Below, one piece after another: positions 50,697-62,997 of a DNA stretch of 64,000 nt (position 1 is its first letter; the number at the start of each line of letters is the position of its first letter). The position numbers and the translations under genes are program-made. A model generated the notes under the pieces. That model had not been told where the DNA came from and searched no databases. It saw only the letters and a program-made list of their open reading frames with translations. The stretch is from Perna viridis. Lineage: Eukaryota. Location: positions 26,780,750-26,844,749 of the forward strand of contig CM074524.1 in assembly GCA_037379345.1 (NCBI GenBank). Direction: 5' to 3'.

Positions 50697-51502
50697 GTGA
50701 GTTCACCGTTATTCTTGAATTACAAACTTTCACTGCATGAATTACGATTGCATTTGGGTAGATGAATAAGCTTGAACATATATTCGTGCTTACCTGGGAA
50801 TATTTTTCTTGACCCAAAAACATTGTTATTGTCGTAGTTGTATCTTCAAATTATCTAACTAAGTACAAAACACTGCATAAAATTAATAACAAGTGGTAAA
50901 TATGTACTTGGGGAGATAATTGGATGCTTTAAATACCATCAATAATTGTTTTCGCTTCAGCGTTCTTCGGTTGTCAGAGGGAAAGGCGAGGGCAACTCTG
51001 ACAAACTTGAACTAAAGTCTATTCCACATAAATGCATTTTAATGTACTGTGCAATTTTGAGTTTTCTATCTTTGTCTTTAGAACTCATAGAGAAGGAGCT
51101 GGAATTATAAAAAAAAATCTACTTTTTTGCCGAGATATTTTTATTCATTTATGGAAAAAAATTCCATACTTATGTTTACTTCAATTTTAAAGTATTGTAA
51201 ATCTATTGCAAGTCTGTGGCATGTGTGATAAAAAAGTAATATTTGAACAAATAAGCATTAGATGATATGAATTTCACACTCTGAACATGAACCTGAACAT
51301 GAAAAGAATGACTTAAACACTGCTGCTGTTGAGAGGATTTGGGCCACTAGACTCGAAGCAATTGACAGGAGTAATCTAGACCTGAAGCAGGCAGAAGAAG
51401 CGTCAGGTACTGCTGACACTCCATCTACCAGTGCAGCAGTATCTCAAATCCAGGTATCTTTTCTTATGAATCGTACAGATTTGATAGCAAATGAAAATTC
51501 AA

Positions 51503-51974
51503 TTAATTTAAAGTAACTACTTTGCTATGAAACATCTTCCTGTAAACATAAGATGACTCGTCCTCGTGTGGTGCTTGAATGCGAATATGCGTTTCATCAA
51601 CAGCTCCCAGCACATTCGGAAAACCAAATCTCTCAAAGAACTCACTTCTGGTCTGCTCAACATTTGGCCATTGAACAAATTCACTAAGTCTTCTACAAAG
51701 TGCATCTGAGACAGCGATGATAACCCCGGAGACAGTCCCCTTCTCTAGTCCAAGCGTGTTTCCTATTACTTGTAGAAAACTTCCTGAGACATAAAACCTA
51801 AGTGCTATCATAACTTCTTGTTGTACAGTCAGTGCATGGTTCCTGTTGGTATCAAATCGTCATGCAGAATGTTTGTTAAGAACATAATGCCTTGCCTACC
51901 AAATCTGTATCTCTGCCTCAAGTCCTCACGTCTTTGACCAGGAACAGATACTTCCATAAAATTAATGCAGCCAT
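51503..51974 (-). pseudogene. Truncated HARBI1-like (DDE_Tnp_4) transposase
   Basis: RYRF, ALRFYVSGSF, FPNVLGAVDETHIRIQAP, YVYRKMFHS (family motifs G.IDGTHI and NRK..HS); frameshifted and missing the C-terminal catalytic region. Confidence 0.88.
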
Positions 51975-53887
51975 TTTAATCAAGCGTTAATTTTTTAATC
52001 GACCTGTTTATGTTGACTTTAAATTTAACGACAATTTTAGGCAGAATTTTTCAATACAATATTTGAACAACACGAACGCGTTATTTTTTAACGACAAATT
52101 TAACAACAAAGTTAGCCTAATCATTAATTTGAACAACTGGGCCCTGAAAGCCATGAAATAGCTGCCATAGAACGTTAAACCATATATAACGAATCAATCA
52201 ATGTTCATTATATATACAATGCATATACAGTTGTTGACGCATCCATTTATTGTTCAACAAAATAAGTTTCAGAATGTGCAATTCAAATTCATGCTTCGTA
52301 AATAAAACGCAAATGCATATGTCATTCAGGTCAACATTTATTTCATTATTCCACCTTTATCTTTATACATGTCAGAAAAAACAGATATTAAATTAATAAA
52401 GTTTGACATCTGATGTGTAAACTTTAGTGAAAAGTTAACACTATTGAATAATGATTGTCGACATTTGACTATTACACTAATTTTACATGGGCTGTACAGA
52501 TATTACTCATAGAAATTATATTGTTTGGTACCATCATATGTTCCTATTTTAAATTGTGGAATGATACATACATGTGTAATAATTCAATTCTAGAAAAGAT
52601 TGCAAGTACATTATAAGTACAACTTTGTGCATAAAGCATTTGAATTAAGGATCGACACAAGTTGAATAAAGTTGTAATTTTAAAATTTCTTTTTGCCCTC
52701 CAAAATAAAGAATTTGGAGTTTATTCGTTAAGCCTTTATGGGCATTCTTTTTGAATATTCCTTATCGAAATGTTGATAATAAAATAAGGCAAAACAAAAA
52801 GGCTCTCTAGCAAAACTAAAGCAAACGTTAATTTCTAAAAATAAATAGACCGCCCTGCTTTTGGCCAGTTATCATTTAATGATAAGTGAAATGGTTGGGT
52901 TTTTAGAAATAAATGAAGTTGCGGATTTGGATGAATGTCAAATTATTTTTGCAAAATATTTTACTACAGAAATACGATTCACAAGTAATGTTCCAATTTT
53001 TATTTTATACATATTATAGGAAGCTATTTAGAAAGAATGCTTTATCGGTTTTGTAAATAAGTAGAAATCTTACTACGATATAGGAAATTGATCATAAGAA
53101 CGACCTTAGTAGTAAAGCAAGACGAGAAAAGTACAAAAGGTCCTCCTCAAGTCTGCTACGCTGATTTAGAAACATATTTAACCACAAGTTTTTATCACCG
53201 TTATCAAAGTTTAGCAGAATTGTATAACACCATTATGTTTAAAGGCAAGCACGTACCGGTACTTCACAGAATTTACATGCATTTCCTCTCAAAATTTGTT
53301 TTTCCGTCACCACAGCGAGGCCGAAACTGCTTATAATACAATGAGGTGATACCGGTAAACAATGAGAAAACAATGGAAGAAAAGAGTTTTCAAATAAGTC
53401 CAAGACATTGTATAGTTGTATAAATCGATGTAAGATTTATCGATGTATTTTTAGATATAATTTTACTCCCCTTGTAGGAATGTAATACAAGTTCATAAAT
53501 ATAAATGGAAAACAATACTATAAACACAGTAACAAGGACTACACTAACTCACTTAAATGAATGGATTTCACTGACGTCTTATCAGACATAAATGCAAAAA
53601 TAGTTCGCTCATAATGGCATTCACAATATTATGTGCCTTTACCCTGTTATTGAAGTGTTGCAATGTAAACATTGATTTGAAACACCAACAGTAATGTGTT
53701 ATTATCAAGGCATTCCACGATTTCCGACAATGACAATGTTAAAACTTAGGGATCATTTAACAAATGTTTACAGTCTCTGTAATTAGAAGCAGCAGGAAGA
53801 GCAGTCAAATGCTGCGTTGATATTGTTACGTTGACAAAATACCACATTTTAACGGGGAATCTCATTATATCAAATGCAGTTAAATAC

Positions 53888-56800
53888 TTATCGGAATATT
53901 TTCTTTATTTGAACAATAAGTTCAGGTTTGCTGTTTTCTGATCTGTATAATTTTGTTCTCTGAACGAACAGAACAGGAGATTTTGTTGGGTATATAACAT
54001 TAGTCCGTATTTTTGTGTCACCATACTGTCGGTTAGGTCGTATAGTCTTAATATAACCATTTAACTGGGGTTGATATTGTATCACTGAAGAACCTGGAAG
54101 TTGATTATGAAATGCTCGATTAACGGTGTTTGATATCGTTCTACCACTTTGACGTTTCATCATATAGTTTAGTAAATGCCTCAATACTTGGTCTATTCTT
54201 TGTAACTTAGAAATAACCTTCTGTCTCTTTTGAAAGCTTGACACAGGTGCTCTTCTCTTTGGGGACCGATCCATAACTTTGAAGAAATCATATTCAGTTT
54301 CCTTTTTATGAATTTTATCTGTGTTCCCTTGCACTATTCTATTACCTTGTAAAATGTTGTTAGTGGTTGTTTTCTGAGAGTGTTTAGGTTTAATATCATG
54401 CTGGAAACTTTGTCGCAAATTAGTCGGCTGTATCATATTTGTCTGCAAATTTTCTTTTCGAAAATGGTTATAACCCTTATTAAACATCGGACTTTGCATA
54501 ACAGCATTCCTAGATTCATTTTGTAATTCGTTTAACGAGACACGACTTGGCCAATTATTTGAATTTCGGTTAAGATATTGTACATTGCTTGATCCAAATA
54601 CGCTGGTATTCCATTCAGGGTTGTGCGTATTTGTTGTATCTTCACGACGGTTTTGGTCAGAAGATTTTTCAGTTGAATTCCTGTTAAACTGTGTGTAGCG
54701 GCCGTTTTGCACATAAATGATACCTTTGTTCGCTTCTGTAGCATCATTGGTAATTCTTTTAGAATGTAATATGTCTACATGATTTGTCATATTGTCAACA
54801 CTACTAAAAACATCTATGTCAGACTTTTTAAAATCCATCGAGGAATTTTCTATATTTGTTTTATCTAATGGTAAACCATTGTCAGCATTCAATTTATTTC
54901 TTGTTATCTTTGTCTTTTTGTTTTGTCGTTGTACAAATGAACCCCGCGACAAGAAACCGACAAGTCCTCCTTTGGTAGAGTTAGGGAAACGATGAATAAT
55001 TTTCTTCGGATTATACTGAGTTGTCGACATGAATATTTTCTTTGGAATTGATGATGCCAGGTCAAAGAAGTAAACTTCTGCATCCTCAATTGGTACTTCT
55101 GTACTTTTAAGATCCTTTGGAAGGGCACTTCCTTTGGTTTCCCTTGGCGATGTCGTTATGATCTCCGATTGTATACTCTTTGGTGTAGGAGCAAGCTGGT
55201 TAACAGTTCCTTCGACAATTCTATCTGGTTTCTCTGACCCATCAAACTGATATTTTGGCAAATAATCATTCGATCCTGAATTACGTTTCATCATGATTTC
55301 GGAATTATTTTCGTATATACGTTCAAATATAATTGGGTTATATAAACTTCTGGTCAGTTCCACATTGACCGGCGTAATGTTAAGTGGCAATACGTCAGTA
55401 TGTTTCTCGATACTTGGAAAAGATGAATTCTGACCAACTTCATCTCGGTTACCTCTAATTGAAGTATATGTTTTCAATTTTTGTTCATTAGAAGCAATAT
55501 TACTTTCTGCTTTTGGCCTTCGAATTTTTCTAGATAGGAAACTAGACAAGGATGCAACATTTGTTTTGTTCTTTGTTTCAGCAATTCTAGATTTGTCATG
55601 GGCTTCGTGACTTGCGAGGTTCCAGCTTTTTAGACCATGCATTCCATATTGCTTTTGTGCATTGTGATAAGAAAAAGGTCGAATAAAATTAGTCTTAGTA
55701 ATACTATTTGTGTGATGAGTGTGATGATTTAATTGTCTCGACATCTGATTTGAGAGGGGTTTCGGTCCAATAAAACTCGTTGTGGTTGATTCACCTGTTT
55801 TGACGTCTTTAAGTTGCTGGTACGAATGAGGGAATTTAGGTTGAATTGAACCCTTGACTTGCGAGTTGTGTCGAACGTTTTGATAAGAAAATGGATCGTT
55901 GTCAAGAAAACGTTTCCTTGTAATTGATTTCTGAAGAGGTTTTTCTAAATACGAGAACGTCCCTGAGTGAGCTTTATCACTTGAACCTTGAACTGATTTT
56001 TTGTATCGTTTTTGCCACTCGGAGTAATTTCTATCATATTTTGGCATTGCCAAACTATTACTCACAATGTTTTTGTCCAGTCTTTTTTCTTCTTGTTTGT
56101 TGTTTTCCTGTTTGTATATTTTTTTAATCTTCAAGTTGTAGTTGGCAGCACGGTTTTCACGTATTATGTGTTTTGATGTCTGAATATTGTCATCACTTTT
56201 GGGAGCTTTGCGGAAATAATTATGTTGAGGTCCGCTTGAGTATGATGATTTATACTGAAGTAAAAATCATAAAATCATAGATACTTAGTTCAGTTTACTT
56301 TTATCCTCAATGGGATATATACATTGTAAAAAAGTTCTATTACACTTCAACAATTATATTGAACATTTGCTTTTTTCATCTTAAGTCGATATTTCATTCG
56401 CACATTTACAAAAATAATTACAGTGTTATCGTTTCTATTAAAATTTTTTATATTAATGTTGAATTACTGTTTAAAATTGTAACATTACTTCTAAATTTGA
56501 TGGGCCAGGATGAGTAGGTGAACTGTTCAATGATGATATTGGAAAGGTTTTGAAACTTGTTGATTTAAAAGGATGAAACTATTAAACAGTCCATGTAAAT
56601 AACACGAGTATTTTAGGGAATACATTTTAGGCACGGAAGTCTCTATATAGTTGCATAAAAAACATTTTTGTATACAGTTTCTTTTACGTGTAAATAAAAA
56701 GAGCAAAAAATAAGAAAGAAATTGGAAAAACAAGTGTCCAATATTGCTTATTTTTGCTGTATGAAGTCATCCTGGCATGTAAACAGGGAAAACAATAACA

Positions 56801-59800
56801 CTTTTTATTTTGATAACCGTGTTGCCATGGTAACTAACAAAGACATTTTACTGTACTGCTGGAAATGTCATTCAATGGCATTCTAATTGTTCTGTTTCCA
56901 TGGGAAACCATTACTGAATTTACTTAATAACTTTTTATGCATTGATTAAGGCCCATCTTTTTAACATCGTATACAGGTATAATTGTAATAGTTGTATTAC
57001 TGCTGTTAAAATTCGTGGTCTAAACGAGTCTAAAAGTACCTCCAAAAATGGTAATTTTTGCATTGTAAAAAAAGCTAAAAATACAACTGTACATAGGTAA
57101 TTATTCTTAAAGGTTACAAAATATCAACTTTACTTTATGTTAAGAGAAAAATAAACATGTGTTTTTCAATTTGGAGAAAAATTACCTTGAATATAATTGG
57201 TTTGATAAAAAAAGCAAAAAAATATGAATATTGTAATGGTTGGTTTCTATACCCCAGACGTTTGAAAATTCATTTCCACCAAGTGGTAAAATGTTTCAAT
57301 ATAGTCAGGACATACATATAAAAACAATAAAAATATATTTTGTGGCTACATTAAAGGTCAAGGTCACGATATAAATGCACGTTTATAAAAGCAGAAATTA
57401 TGAAAATGACCTTTTAAATAACCTTGAAATAAGAAAATTTGACCTTGATGTTTAAAACCTTGCTTTTTATGTTGTTTTGAATTCTTTTGCAGTAACAAAT
57501 TTAACCTGCTTACTTAAAGTGATTCAGGGTTTTAATAAAATGCCCTGTGGAAAAAACACTAAAAATTGCCATTTACTTGAAAATTACCATGGATACTAAA
57601 TTTCTTTTCCTATTTCTGAAAATCAAAAAATAACAAACCTCTATTTTTCTATGATTTTCTTGTACAAAGATAATTCTATAAACTTTTGAAAGTACACACG
57701 TATTTACGGGCACGATTCTGTACTGTTTTGTATTTTTTGTAATTACATAAAACAGAGTTTTGAAAACTATTGACCAAACTTTACGACAAACGTAATGACT
57801 TTTCATGCAGAATTGTCAACTTTCCTTTCATCTGTGGCAACATCCCTTCAGCACCTGCGTATGGAGTGTTCATATCACAACTCATACGTTATGCCAGAGC
57901 TTGCCGAAACTACGCAGACTTTTTGTATCGCACTAGAACTCTAACAAATAGGCTTCTGGAACAGGGTTATGATGCTACAAGATTGAAGTCATCACTACAG
58001 AAGTTTATGGTCGTCATCATGAACTCGTGGATCGTTATGGTGTATCCATCTGCACCATGAAAACTGATTTATTCAGCGGGTCATAGTTTTCCTTTCCTCG
58101 TTTGTCTACGCCGGACTTGATTTTTTATGAGCAACTCGGTGGGTGTTTCTGGAAAAGCAGAGGACGCTTACCCTACCCGTGCACCTGGTCCATGCTCCCA
58201 GTTTTTAGTAGAGTCCGAGTTGCTCATTTGCTTTTGTTACTTTGTATGTATGATTTTAGTTACCGTATGTTCTTTGTTGTGTATGTCTGTTTTCCATGTC
58301 GGGTCTTTGTCCCTGGATTACATTCTTTTGATTACCGCTATAACCTGGTTGCCTTGATTACTCTTTGAAAAAAGTGACTTTTTTTTAAACCATTGTAGAC
58401 ACTTTTTATACCTCAGTACATGAAGATACGGATGAAACTACCTTCACAAAAACTGATTGTAATATTATCATGGAATTGTCAAACTGTCTAATTAAAGCAT
58501 AAATTTATAAAATATATTAAGTCTGCATTAATGGTTTCGATAAAACAAGTCCACTAAAAGAAGTAAGATTTCCCATTTGGTAGTTAAGGTAAATACTAAA
58601 CATTGGTTACCATGGCTACGGGTTTACCGAAATTAAAACACAAATCTGCTTATTTCGGTGTAAATATGCCATATAGACATATTTTGGTTATTTTAAAGAT
58701 ATTTGAAAATTTGAAAACTATTTAAACGATCCATGAAAATATCACAAACATTTTAGAGAATACCTTGTAAGCACGGAAGTCTCTGTATAGGTGTATAGTT
58801 GTATGTTGTAAACTGTTACTTTCATGTGTAAATTTACGACATCCCTAAGTTGGTTATCTATTCATGCGGAACACATTTCATATACAATTGTTTTGTTGTA
58901 CATAGATAATTAAAGTGTCATACAAATTTTCTGTCACTTAGGATTGTAATCTGATGTTTATCATTTACCGTTTTTAAGACGATGGCTAAATAAGTTACTA
59001 TTTATTATCGAAAATTATCAATCGCACTATACATATAAAATAAGGGACAAACAAATATAATTCGAACATTAAAAAGGCAAAGTGAAAAAAAACCAAAAAA
59101 CAAAAAATAGCACAAGAAACGTATTGAAGCAGACAATATATGAAAATAAAACATCAATAATAAGGTTAATTAAAATGTGATATGTTGTTGTGATTTAAAC
59201 AGCAAAACAACTTCATGGGAAAATAAGTAAAAAATTCAGAAGTCGTAGAATGCTTGAATCTAAAATTGCCTTGTTCCTTTGCATGATACACCAGTAAAAA
59301 AGTCATATCTCAGACAAGGAAACTTTGAGGAAGTTTCAGTTTAAATTAACATAGTGCATTTCAATTTAAAGGGGGTGACACTGCAATTAATCAAATGATT
59401 AAAGGAAAAAACAAATTAATTGTGTTTGATTTCCAATGTACATTGTACATGACCTTGCACCAAACAGCTTTCTAAAAGTAATGCTATCTCTGAAATACCA
59501 GCTCGTGAAAAAATCCCATAATGATACCAAAGATATAATTGGTTTTAAACAGAAAATAAATGAAACAAGTAATACGTTATAATTACGCCTTTCCCAATAC
59601 TTTTTTCTCCTATTTTTTGGTCATCGATTTGAGGGACAAAATCAAGATATAATGCAATATTACAAAGGTCTGTGATGTACTAAATCTCATACATAGCTTA
59701 ACAAGATGCTTTAATATTAATCGTCATATTTCACTTTTATCGATAATGATGACATTATTCCATTTACTCTACACGAGTTTCTGTCAAATAGAGTGTATTA

Positions 59801-62800
59801 TTTAGATGTTTGAATTTTTTCCGACGCAGTCGGCATAGTTTCGCTTTTTACCCTTTGACCTTAAAGACACATCCATGGAAACGCTAGTCATCTGATCGCA
59901 ATTCTGTTTCCCGATTGGTCAAATACTGATAACTCAGTGGCGTTCGAAAAAAAACTGCATAAAAAATTGACATTGCGTGACATGTGTTTTTTTCCTGAAT
60001 GAAATGTAGTAAATTATAAATAAAAAGAACACTGCGTCGGCTATCTTTTTTTTTTGTAAAGATAGTACTTGTTTTTCATTTCTGTACTTGTCAGTGAGAA
60101 TATACGTACAGAAAATAATTCCTTTTATCTACGTATTTAAATTGTCGTTTTTTAAAAGGGTTGTGTCAAACGATTGAATAATGATATTACACCAGAGTAT
60201 GCCAAAGGTAAAGCTTACATGCGTTAATTGCAAAAAGGTGGGGAGATAAAACTAGAAGTTACACCGATTATTTGCCTTGTCCCTAGGTATTGATGAGGGC
60301 ACATTGTACATACGAATTAAATTGTCAAAAACACATTCATATTGCATTAATTCTACAATTCAAACAGGAAAAAAATTATGTATATGTAAACTCTTACTTC
60401 ACTCCCTTTATCCCAACTCTGCTCAAGTTAATTTCGCAAGATTTTAAAATTCTAACACCATTATGAAAAAAATATAGAAATGCCATTGTACGAAAGGTTA
60501 GAAATATTGGTCAATTTCAAATTATTTCTAATAATGTATACAGTATTTCACAACAACTGTTAACCATTAATGTTATGATCAACAACAAGATACATCGTGA
60601 AAGCTGGGATAATCTATGATGACGTACTTGCATGGCAATAGCTGGATATTCTATGAAATTATGGAAACAAACATTTATAAAATGAATCAACAAATGTCTA
60701 TAACCAAATTAGGAGGTTAGTTCATACATATTCTTTTTTTCCATGCCATTCACTGTAGGGTTGTTGGACACTTGTTTGTCTCGTGGAATTGTAATTTCTA
60801 CAATTTCTACAGAGTGGGCATGATACATTTTGACAATCAATTATTTAAATCATAGAATCTTTAATTTCTTTTATTAAATATTGTCTTGTTACATTACACT
60901 TTGCATTGATTTATATATAATAGACTACATTGACTACAATGAAGAAATTATATTAAAAGGGGAAATTAATTTATTTTTGTAATCCCATTTAGCTATAAAA
61001 TTTTACTAAAAAAAACATTTCACCGAATATGGTACATTTTATATGAAAACGCTTTTTGCAAAATGTTAACATTGTATCTTAAAACATCATTTGTATGGCG
61101 ACATCCTAGACATTGTGATTCGCCACAACATGATTATAGCTTACATTGACAAAATTTCTTCCGACTTGAATGACCAAGATTAAAAGAGCCCTTCAAAATT
61201 TCCAGAAAAACATACGCAAAATCTTTTTGATTATATATATATCCTTATATTGATATTAATTACATGTCAGGCCAAAATAAAATTAATAAGTATATTTTCA
61301 TCCCCTCTCTCCCCTAAAACAATTGACAAATAAAAAACATTGGGGCGGGAATCAAAATGAGGATTTGTTTTGTGTGTCAGTTTCTAGTATTGAGGTACTA
61401 TATATACTTCAAATAACTAAAATTAGGCTAGAAAATATCTGATAAGAAATAAAAAATCAAAAACAAAATCCTCCTACCGCCTTATATTTGTTTGTGAATG
61501 TTGGATGAAAATATACCATGTAAGTTTACTGAGCCTGTTATAGGTGATATGTGTTGGTTTTTAATCAGCAATTTTTCCATAGCTACATACACATGATACA
61601 TAAGCGCTGTTTTTTAAAGTCATAAAAATGGATTTTTTCAAAATTATATCGTAAACGTTTGCACAGTTCCTTAAGAGTTCATATTTGTAATGAAGAATTA
61701 AACAAACACCAGCAATTTAAATATCAATATAAGAAGCAAACTATTGGTGCAAGATCATCTCAAGTGAGGAAGTATTTACTGGAAATTCTTTCCCACTAAA
61801 CAGATTTTTTCCCATTTTTAACTGTGCGAGATTTCCTTATCTCAACCACGGTTTGAGACAGAACACGTGCGCTTTCCCGTGAAAAATTAGCACAATTAAA
61901 TAGGGAGTTTATAAACAATCATGTCATAGAAATATCCAGGATGTGTTTCACAATTCTTTTAAAATGGTAATTTTATAGAGAATAACCAGTGATGGATTTT
62001 GTTGCAGTTTGAAGTGACCTAAATTTTACACCTTGTCGAATCACTGGCCTGATACGTCAAGATCAACTGTTCAATGCAGATCATTTCAGTTAAAAACTGA
62101 TTCGAAGAGAGAAAAAGTATCAAACATCCGTTTTTTACATGGAAGATTGGGAAACCTTAGTAAGAAGTAATAGTTCTGGAACTCGACTTTATCTCGTTAG
62201 AGAAAACGATTTAATCTTATTCTCGGGGACCTAAGATTTCACTATATTACACTCGTACGGGAATTAGATTTTTAATATCTCACATGAGATGACCTTGGAC
62301 ACATATCTTCGATTCTCATATGGTGTTTAAACGTTCGTATTACTAATAAAATTTCTTGTATTTCTTTATTGTAAATACAGACTCTTAAGACATTGTTTGG
62401 AAATATATCTTAGAAAAATCCTTTACTATTCTTTTATGTTTTTTAAAAAATTGAAAGAAGTATATTGATGAGACTGCTAAGTATTTGTTATAAGTAATAC
62501 AGGTGATTTTTATTCAGTTTGGTAGATATTATATTTTATCATGACTGCACAAATTGATATTCAATTCCCCCCTATGCATTTCTATATATACATGTAATGC
62601 CTGTGTTTTCAATAATCAGAACTTTTGTAAATACTAAACATGTAAAGGTACTGGTGTATCTGGGGATACGTTCTATTAGTGGCGGGGAATCAGTCAAAAA
62701 TTTTGTTTGACTCATGAAATTTTGAAATCTATTTATTTTATATGTAGCTATAAGTAGTTTGTTACTTACGTGAAATGGGTGTTCACTGCCTCTTTCAGCT

Positions 62801-62874
62801 TCATTTGGTTTAAGTGTGTATCCAAAGTTAAGCAGGATTATAATGAAAACGAAGATATGAAGATGTAACAACAT
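53888..62874 (-). CDS. Large secreted low-complexity, cysteine-free protein (~823 aa); exons 62874-62770 and 56254-53888
   Basis: The 748-aa ORF extends open to an acceptor (tttttacttcag) at 56255. Exon 1 MLLHLHIFVFIIILLNFGYTLKPNEAERGSEHPFH is signal-peptide-like and ends with a gtaagt donor in matching phase 0. A 2.3-kb open frame in AT-rich DNA is unlikely by chance. Extra small internal exons cannot be excluded. Confidence 0.78.
57762..58368 (+). mobile_element. Penelope-like (Naiad-type) 5'-truncated copy (RT C-terminus plus 3' UTR), intronic
   Basis: TKLYDKRNDFSCRIVNFPFICGNIPSAPAYGVFISQLIRYARAC; highly similar to the reverse complement of 44545-45150; possible tttgaaaa duplication at the ends. 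Confidence 0.9.
59740..60130. repeat. Non-autonomous interspersed element with internal inverted repeat
   Basis: ccgacgcagt (59821) and actgcgtcgg (~60031) form an inverted pair; internal part shared with 4976-5165. Boundaries approximate. Confidence 0.45.
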
Positions 62875-62989
62875 ACTTTAATAACAGTGTAATACACACT
62901 CAAATAACATAAATACACTTTGACAAGCGTGTTTATCAATACAGTTTATGTCAAAATACCGATATAATTCTTTACATTTCAAATTTGAA

Positions 62990-62997
62990 TTTATATA
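62990..62997 (-). promoter_or_regulatory. Putative TATA box of the large secreted-protein gene
   Basis: TATATAAA on the minus strand about 120 nt upstream of ATG 62874. Confidence 0.5.

Larger units (their letters stand above)
50072..52144. mobile_element. PIF/Harbinger DNA transposon, internally deleted
   Basis: Perfect TIR GGGCCCAGTTGTTCAAA / TTTGAACAACTGGGCCC in a CWG context (CAG left, CTG right); encloses convergent Myb/SANT and HARBI1-like transposase remnants. Confidence 0.92.
49786..52203 (+). mobile_element. tRNA-derived SINE (49786-50069 and 52145-52203) split by the Harbinger insertion
   Basis: B-box-like GGTTCAATC at 49797 and 49851, body aaattggtaat..ttcgccaag..taatgtgtc; the 3' end gaaatagctg..acgttaaac..aatcaatcaat resumes after the Harbinger TIR. 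Confidence 0.6.

Noticed and set aside
50248-50823. 191-aa minus-strand ORF
   Set aside because: Antisense shadow of the Harbinger Myb/SANT exon.
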